Shown: positions 25,541-35,130 of the stretch, in pieces
Numbering within the stretch: position 1 is the first letter of the stretch
Layout of the letters: each line of letters starts with the position of its first letter
Notes under the pieces: model-generated
The model's input: the letters and a program-made list of their open reading frames with translations, nothing else
What the model was told of the DNA's origin: nothing
The model's database searches: none
IMG/VR virus record: IMGVR_UViG_3300022205_000001
Location: 64,001 to 128,000 of that record
DNA from: a virus
Taxonomy: Duplodnaviria; Heunggongvirae; Uroviricota; Caudoviricetes
Strand: one strand, 5' to 3'
DNA: 64,000 bases
Made by a program: the position numbers and the translations under genes

Positions 25541-27235
25541 TTATCGTTTCGGCGTCTTTGTTGTTGTTTTTGCTACTTGTTTATCCAACCCAGGGGTCAA
25601 GGATTCGGTGCCTTCCTCTTGTGAATCTACGGTATTATCGAATGGTTGTGGAGCAGGTAATTGCTGTTGACCATCCTGCCCAGGAGGTAAGGGTTGACCG
25701 TCTGGTCCCATTGCAGGTAATGGTAATTCTCCGCTCTCCTTTTCTTCATCGATTTCCTTCTGCATCTGTTGGATTTCTTCTTCAGAAAGATGTAAGACAT
25801 TGCGTTTGACCCAGGAATTTGAATAGTATAACCCAATGTAAGGTTGCACTTGAGTCAATAATGTGGTACGCTCGCGGAGCAATTCGGCATCCCGCATTTC
25901 GGAGAAATTGTTGTCATTCTTGTATGTGTAGGAAATATGTTCGCGGAACTTCTCCCAATCTTCTTTAGAACACACCCCTGTCAACACCAACTCTTGCCCG
26001 AGTGCATCACTGAACAAACGGCTAAATTTGGATCGGAGTCTATGAATGAACTTGAAAAATTTGACTTCATCACGAGTGATTTCTGCAACACGGCCGAGTC
26101 CAACAATACCCCCACCCTGCTGTTGACTGTCAAGACGACCAATCGGAACATTCAATGACTTATAGAGTTTCTTTTGGAAATACTCCACGTCTTCCAACTT
26201 ACCGAGATTTTCTCCACCAGGCAATGTCGTAATTTCTGTTCCCTTGGACCCTTCACGGCGAGGGAGCCAGAAGTCCTCCAACATGGACAAGTGCTTACGT
26301 TCATCACGAAGTTCACCAGTATTTGCGTCATAGACCAATTTGTTACGATATTTGGACATGACATCTTTGAGATACTGTTCCGCTTTCGCTTTTGGAAGAC
26401 TGCCCACGTCAATGTAGAATATGCGGCGTTCAGGCGCACGAGAGAGACGATAGATCACAATCGCGTCTTCGATCATGCGTAGCTGATTGAGGGGCTTAAT
26501 AGCTTTGTGCAGCCATCCGATCACCATGGTGCATTTTGCATCCAGCAACCCAGATGGAACGAATGCAATAGAATCAGGGGAAATGCGAGTCCCTTGGTTG
26601 ACGGATGCAGTATACGATTGTGCCGTCAATCCGCGGTCATTGTAGACATAGTATTCAGTTGTGGCCTTGATGAATTCCACGCCGCTCTTAGGTTCTCGAT
26701 CCTTCAATACTTCACGAACTTTGCGAATTTTGCGAGGATCAATGTAGCGGAGTTCTTGAATTCCTTCTTTCGGCTTATTTTTATCGACAACGATTTGGAA
26801 ATACAACCGTCCGTCAATGTACCAACGCTTGAAAATATCTTCCCCAAGGTCTCGAAAGGAGAGCATGGTTTTGATTTTATCAAACGCGATTTGGATCTTT
26901 TTCTTGATGGCGTCGGAGACTTGGAGTTGTGAAAGATTGATATCGACAATATTACCATCCTCATCCTGGGTGATTGCTTCGGTGACGATTTCTTCAATCG
27001 CTTCGGAGCATTCAGAGTGTAGGGACATTTCCCGATATCGAGTAATGAGTTCTAGTTCGTTACGGACGGAACCTTCAAGGTCAACATAGGTGCCGTAATA
27101 CGAACCTTGGGTAATAGTTATCGCGCCATCTTCCACGTCCTTTTGCGGGAGAACAAGAACGGGTTGAGAAGGCTTTTCGACCTTGGTAACGTCAGGAGTT
27201 TTGCCGATGGAGTAACCGAATAGTGTCCAGGCCAT
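25541..27235 (-). CDS. gp20: portal protein
   Basis: WYIDGRLYF, KAIKPLNQLRMIEDAIVIYRLSRAPERRIFYIDVG, EDFWLPRREG; start moved to MAWTLFG, which has an AAAGGA RBS. Confidence 0.98.
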   Translation of the reverse strand: MAWTLFGYSIGKTPDVTKVEKPSQPVLVLPQKDVEDGAITITQGSYYGTYVDLEGSVRNELELITRYREMSLHSECSEAIEEIVTEAITQDEDGNIVDINLSQLQVSDAIKKKIQIAFDKIKTMLSFRDLGEDIFKRWYIDGRLYFQIVVDKNKPKEGIQELRYIDPRKIRKVREVLKDREPKSGVEFIKATTEYYVYNDRGLTAQSYTASVNQGTRISPDSIAFVPSGLLDAKCTMVIGWLHKAIKPLNQLRMIEDAIVIYRLSRAPERRIFYIDVGSLPKAKAEQYLKDVMSKYRNKLVYDANTGELRDERKHLSMLEDFWLPRREGSKGTEITTLPGGENLGKLEDVEYFQKKLYKSLNVPIGRLDSQQQGGGIVGLGRVAEITRDEVKFFKFIHRLRSKFSRLFSDALGQELVLTGVCSKEDWEKFREHISYTYKNDNNFSEMRDAELLRERTTLLTQVQPYIGLYYSNSWVKRNVLHLSEEEIQQMQKEIDEEKESGELPLPAMGPDGQPLPPGQDGQQQLPAPQPFDNTVDSQEEGTESLTPGLDKQVAKTTTKTPKR

Positions 27236-27266
27236 GAATATCCTTTGTTTCACATGAGATGAGACG

Positions 27267-27296
27267 GTGCGGAGAATACTGAACGATTCTCCGCAC
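27267..27296. other. 11-bp perfect hairpin between gp19 and gp20 (no U-tract)
   Basis: GTGCGGAGAAT, 8-nt loop, ATTCTCCGCAC. Confidence 0.6.
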
Positions 27297-27314
27297 TACT
27301 ATCTCTACTTATCA

Positions 27315-27869
27315 TTACAGAATCACGGTGTTGTCTTTTGCAACACTTGTCCACGTCTGGTAGGCCAGCGTGACATTGAATTCTTCAATGGTGTCGTTTG
27401 ATCCCCAATCCACATCGATTGGGCTTACGTCAACGGGGAAACAACCGGAGAATGTATATTCCTTGAGTACCCCACCGGTCTTTGCGTATTGTCTTACGCG
27501 AGCGTCAGTGGTATATCCGAGCGAGTTTCCTGCCCAGAGATCACGAATGTTGCTGACGTGTCGGTTGATACCGTTCATCCACTTCTCGAAAGCATTGCGG
27601 ACTGAGAAGTCTTCGTCATTGATGATAGAGAGGTTCCATTCGGGGAATGTTCTGTTTCCGGCAAGCTTCGTTTCACGACCAAAGTAGAACACCGGAACCT
27701 GTCCGATGGTCGACCCAGGCAATGACGCGGTCTTACACATGAACGTCAATTTACGTTGAGCGTTCCCTGGATTGATAGCGAATGGGAATACCATTGACAC
27801 TTCAAACAGATTCGGACGGGCACCGTCACCTTGTAATTCTGATCTGAAAGCAAATACATTGAATGGCAT
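27315..27869 (-). CDS. gp19: tail tube protein
   Basis: GDGARPNLFEV, GRETKLAGNRTFPEW, FPVDVSPIDVDWG, IEEFNVTLAYQ. Confidence 0.97.
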   Translation of the reverse strand: MPFNVFAFRSELQGDGARPNLFEVSMVFPFAINPGNAQRKLTFMCKTASLPGSTIGQVPVFYFGRETKLAGNRTFPEWNLSIINDEDFSVRNAFEKWMNGINRHVSNIRDLWAGNSLGYTTDARVRQYAKTGGVLKEYTFSGCFPVDVSPIDVDWGSNDTIEEFNVTLAYQTWTSVAKDNTVIL

Positions 27870-27899
27870 AGTAGCTCCTTATAATTCGTACACTATCCC

Positions 27900-29795
27900 T
27901 TAGAATTTTCCGACAATTTCGTCAAACGAAACGCCAGTTCTGACTGCAACGAAATTCAACTGGATGAAGTTGATGCTTCGTGCAGGCTTGATGTAGATGT
28001 CTCCAACGAAACGGTTGCTATCAATGACTTCAGGAGTGTTGTTTGTGGTGTCACAGACAACACGGAAATCATAGATACCGCGACGACCCTGCACATCACG
28101 AAGGAACGGCTCAACTACGGCTACGAACTGGGCTCGCGTGAATTCATCGTTGAATTCAAAGAGACTGAACTTCGATGCACGAGCGATTGCTTTTTCGAGC
28201 ACAATGAACAAACGACGAACGTTGATTCTATCGAATGCGCTCGGCTTGCTGTACAAGGTCTTATCCCCATAGAGGACTGTTCCATCGCCAGGGAAGCTGA
28301 CCACTGGGTTGATTCCATTCTTGTAAAGTGTGTCACGGTCCGACTTGGTCGGGTTCCATGCCAACTTCACTACGTTCTTGATCTGTCCGCGCTCATATCC
28401 TGCAATCGAGAACCATGGATCGCGGGTTGTGTCGGTACGAACCGCGCATCCTGCCACATCACCGTTGAGTGGTAAGTAGCGGTACGTGTCGTTGTACTTG
28501 TCATACTGGTACTTCCAGTTTCCATCAAGGAATGCAAAGCTGGAAGATGGTAACAAGTTGCGGAATGTCACAATAGAATCAGTTTCGCTGCCGGCATTGT
28601 TGACGGCCGAAGCGCGAGACGGAGACAAGAACACAATACAATCCTTACGAACTTCTGCAATATTGGTGATCAAATAGATTCCAACTGTTGAGGAAACTTC
28701 TCCTGCGACGAGCAAGGATACGTCAACCACTTCAGCGTTGACATACAAGTCCCAGGCACGTTGCAAGTCGCCATCGGAAACTGCGGCATCCACTCCACCA
28801 CCGAGTGACAAGCTACGTCTGAGCACAACGTTGGTGAACGTTGTACCTGTTGCGGTGTTCCCCCAGTTTGTTCCGAGGGCATCATGGTCACCCCAGTAGA
28901 TGTAGCGTGACTTGTTGAATAGGACCGTTGGATAGTAGATGGATGATCCATCATTGCTCTTGGCGTCAGAGGCCTTAGAAACAAATGGGTATTTTTCCAA
29001 AACGGTTCCCGGTACACCGGAAATGAGTCCGTCTTCATCGATAACGATAACGTGCAATTCGTCACCAGAACCAAGCTTCGTGCTGACGTAGCTTGACGTA
29101 CCAGGTGCTGAATCAAACTGATCGGCATACTCCCACTTGCGGAGGATCGCTGTGCCACCCGTAACGGCATAGGTCAATGCGGTGTTGACGACGATTGCTG
29201 TGGCGTTGACTGAAGATACCTGGAGATATGGGTTGCTTCCGACCTTTACATAATCTCCCTGCACCACATAGTTTTCTGCACTGCCTGTAGTGTTGATCGT
29301 CAAATCCCCAATGGATGCGGCGTTGGCTGTTGCTGCATTCTGGAAGGTGACGTTGCTTGCGAACACGTTTGCACTTCCACAGACGCCGACTTTCAAGCTG
29401 TTTCCGAGTGCGCCTGGGTAACGAGCAGCGAATTCTCCGAAGGTACCCTGACCAGCAGCATACGAGTTTTCATACACAACACTGTTCTTGATCTGAAGTG
29501 CTGCGAGAGAATTTGCTGTTGCGTTGAGTGTGCCAGTGTTTGCTGCACGAGTCACGCGAAGGTTATTACCATAGGACAAGAAGTTTGCTGCGGTAAAGAA
29601 CGAGGTATAGGTGTTTGAGTCCGGCTTTCCGAATCGATCCACCAATTGCACTTCGTTATCAATCAGGACACGTTCTTCGACTGGCCCCCAAACAAATTGA
29701 CCAACAGTGGCTCCGGCCGTTGTCGAAACGGTAGGAATAGCTGTTGTAAGATCGACTTCCGATACATTAACGCCAGGTGATAGCTGAAAGCTCAT
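27900..29795 (-). CDS. gp18: tail sheath protein
   Basis: QLSPGVNVSEVDLT, FDRINVRRLF, FVGDIYIKPARSINFIQLNFVAVRTG. Confidence 0.98.
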   Translation of the reverse strand: MSFQLSPGVNVSEVDLTTAIPTVSTTAGATVGQFVWGPVEERVLIDNEVQLVDRFGKPDSNTYTSFFTAANFLSYGNNLRVTRAANTGTLNATANSLAALQIKNSVVYENSYAAGQGTFGEFAARYPGALGNSLKVGVCGSANVFASNVTFQNAATANAASIGDLTINTTGSAENYVVQGDYVKVGSNPYLQVSSVNATAIVVNTALTYAVTGGTAILRKWEYADQFDSAPGTSSYVSTKLGSGDELHVIVIDEDGLISGVPGTVLEKYPFVSKASDAKSNDGSSIYYPTVLFNKSRYIYWGDHDALGTNWGNTATGTTFTNVVLRRSLSLGGGVDAAVSDGDLQRAWDLYVNAEVVDVSLLVAGEVSSTVGIYLITNIAEVRKDCIVFLSPSRASAVNNAGSETDSIVTFRNLLPSSSFAFLDGNWKYQYDKYNDTYRYLPLNGDVAGCAVRTDTTRDPWFSIAGYERGQIKNVVKLAWNPTKSDRDTLYKNGINPVVSFPGDGTVLYGDKTLYSKPSAFDRINVRRLFIVLEKAIARASKFSLFEFNDEFTRAQFVAVVEPFLRDVQGRRGIYDFRVVCDTTNNTPEVIDSNRFVGDIYIKPARSINFIQLNFVAVRTGVSFDEIVGKF

Positions 29796-29846
29796 GTTTT
29801 GACTCCTTAAAATGGGTAGGCGAGGGCATTCAAGTATTTACTTGGT

Positions 29847-29854
29847 TATTTATA
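29847..29854 (-). promoter_or_regulatory. T4-type late promoter (gp18)
   Basis: Exact TATAAATA. Confidence 0.8.
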
Positions 29855-29858
29855 ATTT

Positions 29859-31586
29859 TCAGGTGTTATACCCTCGACTAGAGTATTGTTCCAACATCCA
29901 GTCCAGTTCTTCTCGTGATGACCCTTTTGCCGGAACCCAAATGTCACCATCTTGAACAGAGAACTTTTCTTCTAATCCGGTATCTATGATCCCCACTGGC
30001 ACTAAATCATCTTCCACCATCTGGTTTTGTTCTTTTTCGAGGATTTTCCTAAGGTTATTTTGATCCGGCTGACTGTCCCTAATATACTTTTGGGTCATGA
30101 GCCAGCCGAACATCACAAGACACATCACCAGATCGTCATGCTTCCCTTCTTCCGCTTTGTATGTTTGAAGCTGTTGGGTAAATGTAGAGAATTCTGAGAT
30201 AGTGGTGAAATCGTTTATGATCAATTTGTCCTGTTCTATCAATAACTTGAGGTTCTGACACCCAATGCGTTTTACCGATTCAGTCATGCGAAGACCGAGA
30301 CGCATTTGCTTTTTGAAGCCTCCGGTCACCTTTGCCCCCTGCTTGGTGGACGTTTCAATCTTGAACACATTTTCATACTCTAGATCATGGTGTAACATGT
30401 CTACGATCTGCTGTCCGTTATCGTTGATTTCCACTAACACAAACGCATGGTTGTAACGAACCGCCGCATTGTAAATGATATTAGGATAAATGATCGGGGC
30501 AACTGTATGACTATGATACACTGCCACTCCAGTATACGGAACAGTTGTTACGTCAATGACCCAAAACGCCGAAGCATCTCCTCCGATTCCTCGTGCAGGG
30601 TCCACACAAATCACATAGGCATGTTCATCTTTAGGATGCTCGTATACTTTCCATCCTTCTTCTTCAGCTATAGGTTTCTTCATGACTAATTTGCCGAGTT
30701 TTGCTCCGTCAATGAGAGTATTACTCGATCCAAGGAAGTCACAGAGCACTTCTTGTCGGAACTTGACTGAACCTAGGGCTCGTTCTTGTTCCTTCAGCCA
30801 GGCACCATCGCGTCCAGGCATACGGAACCATTCGTAGAAGAGTGGTATAAAGTCATTATTTTTATTGACGGCATCAGTCCAGAACTCATAGTAATGGTTC
30901 AACCCAAGAGGGGTCGATGCAATGAGAATCTTTGTTTCCTTTCCAGATGAAATCGTTGGATAGATGGATGTGAAGAAGTCTTCAGCAATGTTGTTTGGAA
31001 CGTGAGCAAACTCGTCCAAAAACACAAGAGACAAGGAGAAACCACGGATGGCGCTAGAACTTGTTGCCGCCGCAAGAATACGGGAACCGTTCTCAAGAGT
31101 AATGGAGCGTTTGTTCCACTCAAGAATACCTTGCTGTATCCAGAGGGGTAGATTTTCATACATGAGTTTGATGCGCCCAAGAATTTCTTGAGCAATAGGC
31201 GCCTTATTCGCCATGATCGCACATACTTTATTATCATGGAACAGGACATACCAAAGGAAGAATCCTGCGGTCGTGGCAGTCTTTCCCATCTGACGAGGAA
31301 GGCGGACGATAACTTTTCGATGGGCTTGGTAAAAACGGATGATATCTTCTTGATAATCGAATAGTTCAAAGTCAATCATACCACGATCAACATGAATGAT
31401 CTTACAGTAGTGCTTGATGAAATAGACCGGGTCTATCGAGCACCTGACCCACTCGTTGACTTGATCTTGTGTGAAGGAATATTGAACACCGACCGCTTTA
31501 AGACGAGGGTTCTTGAGGTAGAACTTCTCCCCCACCGGCTTGATCTTGAACGATTCGGTCTTCTTTTTCTTTGGTGTTGTTGGCAT
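29859..31586 (-). CDS. gp17: terminase large subunit
   Basis: YLKNPRLK, PRQMGKT Walker A, LVFLDEFAH Walker B, VDPARGIGGD, HDDLVM nuclease motifs. Confidence 0.98.
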   Translation of the reverse strand: MPTTPKKKKTESFKIKPVGEKFYLKNPRLKAVGVQYSFTQDQVNEWVRCSIDPVYFIKHYCKIIHVDRGMIDFELFDYQEDIIRFYQAHRKVIVRLPRQMGKTATTAGFFLWYVLFHDNKVCAIMANKAPIAQEILGRIKLMYENLPLWIQQGILEWNKRSITLENGSRILAAATSSSAIRGFSLSLVFLDEFAHVPNNIAEDFFTSIYPTISSGKETKILIASTPLGLNHYYEFWTDAVNKNNDFIPLFYEWFRMPGRDGAWLKEQERALGSVKFRQEVLCDFLGSSNTLIDGAKLGKLVMKKPIAEEEGWKVYEHPKDEHAYVICVDPARGIGGDASAFWVIDVTTVPYTGVAVYHSHTVAPIIYPNIIYNAAVRYNHAFVLVEINDNGQQIVDMLHHDLEYENVFKIETSTKQGAKVTGGFKKQMRLGLRMTESVKRIGCQNLKLLIEQDKLIINDFTTISEFSTFTQQLQTYKAEEGKHDDLVMCLVMFGWLMTQKYIRDSQPDQNNLRKILEKEQNQMVEDDLVPVGIIDTGLEEKFSVQDGDIWVPAKGSSREELDWMLEQYSSRGYNT

Positions 31587-32010
31587 TCAGTTGTGCCTTC
31601 TGTTGTTTCATCATCTCCTGTAATTCTGTGGTTGATCCCACGAATACAGCTTTTTCAATATGGTTGTGAACCTCACCGCCCTCAGTCGGTTCCCCAGTCA
31701 ATCCCCGTTCACTTTCATGAACTTTCATAAGGTCATGATTCAGTTCGGCGACGGTCTTCAGTAAATTTGCGAGCACTTCGTACGATCTTGGGGTTTGCAC
31801 GGCGCTTGTTACAGTAATCAACTGTTCAACTGCCCTGGCTCCTTGTGCAATAAGAACCCGAATATTATTTCGGGCTTCTAATCCATCATCCGCCACAGTA
31901 TTGTGTGTTTGTGCCGAAAGATTTGGTGCAGTGATCGCCGGCGGCAAAATGGCAGTATTTGCATTAGAGAAAGGAAGGTCATCTTTCAAGATTTGGAGGA
32001 TGTTGTTCAT
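31498..32010 (-). CDS. gp16: terminase small subunit
   Basis: PRSYEVLANLLK...LMKVH...AVFVGSTTELQ; lies between gp15 and gp17. Confidence 0.85.
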   Translation of the reverse strand: MNNILQILKDDLPFSNANTAILPPAITAPNLSAQTHNTVADDGLEARNNIRVLIAQGARAVEQLITVTSAVQTPRSYEVLANLLKTVAELNHDLMKVHESERGLTGEPTEGGEVHNHIEKAVFVGSTTELQEMMKQQKAQLNANNTKEKEDRIVQDQAGGGEVLPQEPSS

Positions 32011-32013
32011 AAT

Positions 32014-33048
32014 TTAAGCCACAGTATCAGGGTATTCTGTTATGTATGTAGTGTAACCATAATCCGTATTCGCATTTGCGGTAATTGGATTCTGATAGAT
32101 CCAGATTTCGGCATCTTTCTGAGGAACAAGTTCTGTTGATTGAACGGTCCAATGGGCTCCAGTTTCCAGACCCCATATGTTATTGTTCACCAGAAGCGTT
32201 CCGGTTGATTGTGTCAAGTATAAGGTATTGGTTGATGGCACCCACGCATACACCTTGCCTGTTATTCCGAGATTTGGTTCACGGATGATTTCAGATTCTT
32301 TGAAATCAATGGACCCACCGGTTACAACAATTTTCTGGATAAGTGGATTGGTACTATCAGTATACAAATTGACGTAGATTCCACCTGTAATGGCTGCATT
32401 GGGATCTTGTGTATTTGCGGAGACGCCCATGATGATTGTGGTATTTGACGTTGGTCCGAAGAGATAGGTTTTTGCAGTGAACTGGAAATCCCAGGTGATC
32501 ATTCTGGTCCCATCTTCAAATGATCCTTGGTAATTGTTTTCTTCATGCACACTCGTAAGAATGATCGGAATATCCTTCACGATGCCCAGTTCTTCAGAGA
32601 GTGTCGCACTGATGGTATAATCAGGGGTGAAGAATGGTAATATTTGTTCAACGACCTGAAGTCCATCTTCGATGTTTCTGACATACAATGAAAGACCAAA
32701 ATCAATGTTGTATGGTATACCCACATACTGTGCAACAGGAATTCCGTTCCTCATGACACGATGCTTGATGGAAGACTGCTGCTTTCGTGCCGAATCATAA
32801 TTCATTGATAGAATCTCAAATGACAAACGGGGCAATGTAGTCGCAATCGACTTCGTGAGGGTTGGGTCAGAGAATAGTTTCGTGACGAATTTCTCTTTCG
32901 GCGCATATGCCAATGGGCACTTGATACGCTCTTTCTTTGTCAACCCATCGACCGTTTCACGTTCAATGAAAATGTCATTGAAGAGTGACCCGAAGAGGGA
33001 GACATGCTTTCTGATAATTCTGTGATAAAACGGGTTATGTCCAAGCAT
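32014..33048 (-). CDS. gp15: tail sheath stabilizer/terminator with C-terminal extra domain
   Basis: FYHRIIRK...FGSLFNDI, PLAYAPKEKF, LPRLSFE, QILPFFTP, WDFQFTAKTYLFGP. Confidence 0.93.
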   Translation of the reverse strand: MLGHNPFYHRIIRKHVSLFGSLFNDIFIERETVDGLTKKERIKCPLAYAPKEKFVTKLFSDPTLTKSIATTLPRLSFEILSMNYDSARKQQSSIKHRVMRNGIPVAQYVGIPYNIDFGLSLYVRNIEDGLQVVEQILPFFTPDYTISATLSEELGIVKDIPIILTSVHEENNYQGSFEDGTRMITWDFQFTAKTYLFGPTSNTTIIMGVSANTQDPNAAITGGIYVNLYTDSTNPLIQKIVVTGGSIDFKESEIIREPNLGITGKVYAWVPSTNTLYLTQSTGTLLVNNNIWGLETGAHWTVQSTELVPQKDAEIWIYQNPITANANTDYGYTTYITEYPDTVA

Positions 33049-33947
33049 TATGGATTACCAAATGGGTTAGTTTCAGTGAAGTCCAGGATATCATTCGATT
33101 CCGTTTCAATGACTTTGTTGTCGGCACTATCATCATTCTGTTGACCAAGTGGAGTATTGGTATCAATGGATGAAACTGCCCATGATGCCCCACTGTTTGC
33201 GCCGTTGACGTTTGCGGTATTTGAAAATGCTCCATTGACCATTGCGACACCTAGTGTGGTATTGGAGGAATACCAGACAACAGCTTTTCCGAATGCATTA
33301 GCCGTTACAAGCGTGCTACCCTGATACACAATTTCCGTGTTAACGGTGTCAAAAGACCCTGTTCCTCCCGCAGTTAGTACCAAATGCGTAAGCTGCAAAT
33401 CATCGAGAATTTGACTGTCCACGGCTTCAACTCCAGTGGAAATTTCTTCATGTGAGAACACATACTGTTTCAACTTCAATGCATAGACATAGACATTACC
33501 CCCACGACCACGACCTAATGTATAAAACATCGCCTGGTTATTTTCGTGTTCGACATGTGTGATCTCAAAGAAATTTTGCATCATCGGCACAAACACAAGA
33601 TCCCCTTCTCGTGGTCGTACCAATGAGGGAATTGTGAAATTGAACCGTCTGCGTGAAACGAGTAACGACATGTCATCTCGTATTTCCAGCCCAAACTTTG
33701 TGATAAGATCCTGTTCCCCTTCCATTGCAGTGGTATTTTCCAAATACATCTCAATAGGATAAGCAGAGGTAAATTGTTTGAGTTGTTCTTCCCCCATCAG
33801 TTTATCGATTTGATCCCTCGATTCACGCGGCAGATAATACACATCCATTGAGTGTATTTTCAGTGCCTCGATAACCAGATCCTCAATAAGCAACTGCTCT
33901 TGTGTGATCCGATCTGGAAAGAAATTGAAATAATGATTTGTTGGCAT
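33048..33947 (-). CDS. gp14: neck protein
   Basis: EQLLIEDLVIEALKIHSMDVYYLPRE, KFGLEIRD, RPREGDLVF, DFTETNPFG. Confidence 0.95.
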   Translation of the reverse strand: MPTNHYFNFFPDRITQEQLLIEDLVIEALKIHSMDVYYLPRESRDQIDKLMGEEQLKQFTSAYPIEMYLENTTAMEGEQDLITKFGLEIRDDMSLLVSRRRFNFTIPSLVRPREGDLVFVPMMQNFFEITHVEHENNQAMFYTLGRGRGGNVYVYALKLKQYVFSHEEISTGVEAVDSQILDDLQLTHLVLTAGGTGSFDTVNTEIVYQGSTLVTANAFGKAVVWYSSNTTLGVAMVNGAFSNTANVNGANSGASWAVSSIDTNTPLGQQNDDSADNKVIETESNDILDFTETNPFGNP

Positions 33948-33956
33948 AGATTACTC

Positions 33957-35120
33957 TTAGTGTATCAGAAGGTATGTTCCAAGAACATCGCGTCGGTTCG
34001 CGGCTTCATCGCCGTGTCCTGGCCACACAAGCACATTCCAGTGTGGTGCAGTGCCGACAGGCTTTTTCATCATTTCATCATATGTGATGATGGTATCAGT
34101 TGCAATACTATACTTATGGGCAACCCGGCGCTTGAATTCGTCTAATGCATGGGTGTCCTTGAATTGCATACGACCGTGAACATCTTTCAACAACTTCTTC
34201 CCATCACGAGCAACAAGATCAGTAAACATTTCTTTCGGAATGACCTTGCTGTGCTTGGTACGGGTGATATCAATCAAACGTTCCTGTGAGGGCTGTGCGC
34301 CTTGACTGAAATTGATCAAGAAGTTTGCTGGCTTCTGTGAATGAGCAACACTGGCAATCTTCGTGTAGGCATAGAATTCGATATCAGGGAATGCTCGTGC
34401 TACGTCATACGCTAAGTCAAGATATTGTGGACTGAAGAAATCTCCAGCATCATGCCATCGAACAACGATCTTTGTGCCCTTCTTGGCAGCTTTGCGATGG
34501 GCATCCGCTAATTCCTTTTCGAGTGCATGTTTGAAACCATCTGGATCATTGAGTAAGAAATTGAGGACGCGAGACGCCCCCAAACTAGAAGCTTTCCACT
34601 GCACGTATCCGCCCTTCATGGCATAACAGAATACTTTACATGCACCTGCTCCAGGACAGGTATCTACAACGACAAACTCTCCTGCTTTTTCATCGACCGC
34701 TAGCCCCTTGAGTGCCGGAAGACCCACGTTGAAGTAGATGCTGCTGGTACCATCACTGTGCTGCATCTTTTCGTTTTGCTTCATAATGACTTTGGGACGA
34801 GTCATGATGGAGTGCTTTAGCTTCTCGGTATCGTAGTCTTCCCCGGCTTCCCCTTTGACTTGAACGTTTCCGGCGTGAATGTAGGGAAGTTCATATTTGT
34901 CCTTTGGTCCCTTTTCTTTCTTGACGACACGACCAAGATACGCTTGCAATTCATCATGTTTCAAGGTGCGTACTGTAGCGCCCAAAAATGGAGCATAGGC
35001 CTCCTCAAGTTCCGCAAGATAGCTCTCCTTGAGGAATTCAGGTAGCGACATGATCGTGAGACCATTCTTTTTCTTAGTTTGCTTAGTGGTTTCGACAATA
35101 AATCCAGCGAATGAGTACAT
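33957..35120 (-). CDS. GP88-like protein with CX5CX3C motif (putative Fe-S/radical-SAM-like)
   Basis: TCPGAGACKVFCYA, VRWHDAGDFFS, FYAYTK; has an AAGGAG RBS. Confidence 0.6.
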   Translation of the reverse strand: MYSFAGFIVETTKQTKKKNGLTIMSLPEFLKESYLAELEEAYAPFLGATVRTLKHDELQAYLGRVVKKEKGPKDKYELPYIHAGNVQVKGEAGEDYDTEKLKHSIMTRPKVIMKQNEKMQHSDGTSSIYFNVGLPALKGLAVDEKAGEFVVVDTCPGAGACKVFCYAMKGGYVQWKASSLGASRVLNFLLNDPDGFKHALEKELADAHRKAAKKGTKIVVRWHDAGDFFSPQYLDLAYDVARAFPDIEFYAYTKIASVAHSQKPANFLINFSQGAQPSQERLIDITRTKHSKVIPKEMFTDLVARDGKKLLKDVHGRMQFKDTHALDEFKRRVAHKYSIATDTIITYDEMMKKPVGTAPHWNVLVWPGHGDEAANRRDVLGTYLLIH

Positions 35121-35130
35121 GGTAGCTCCT

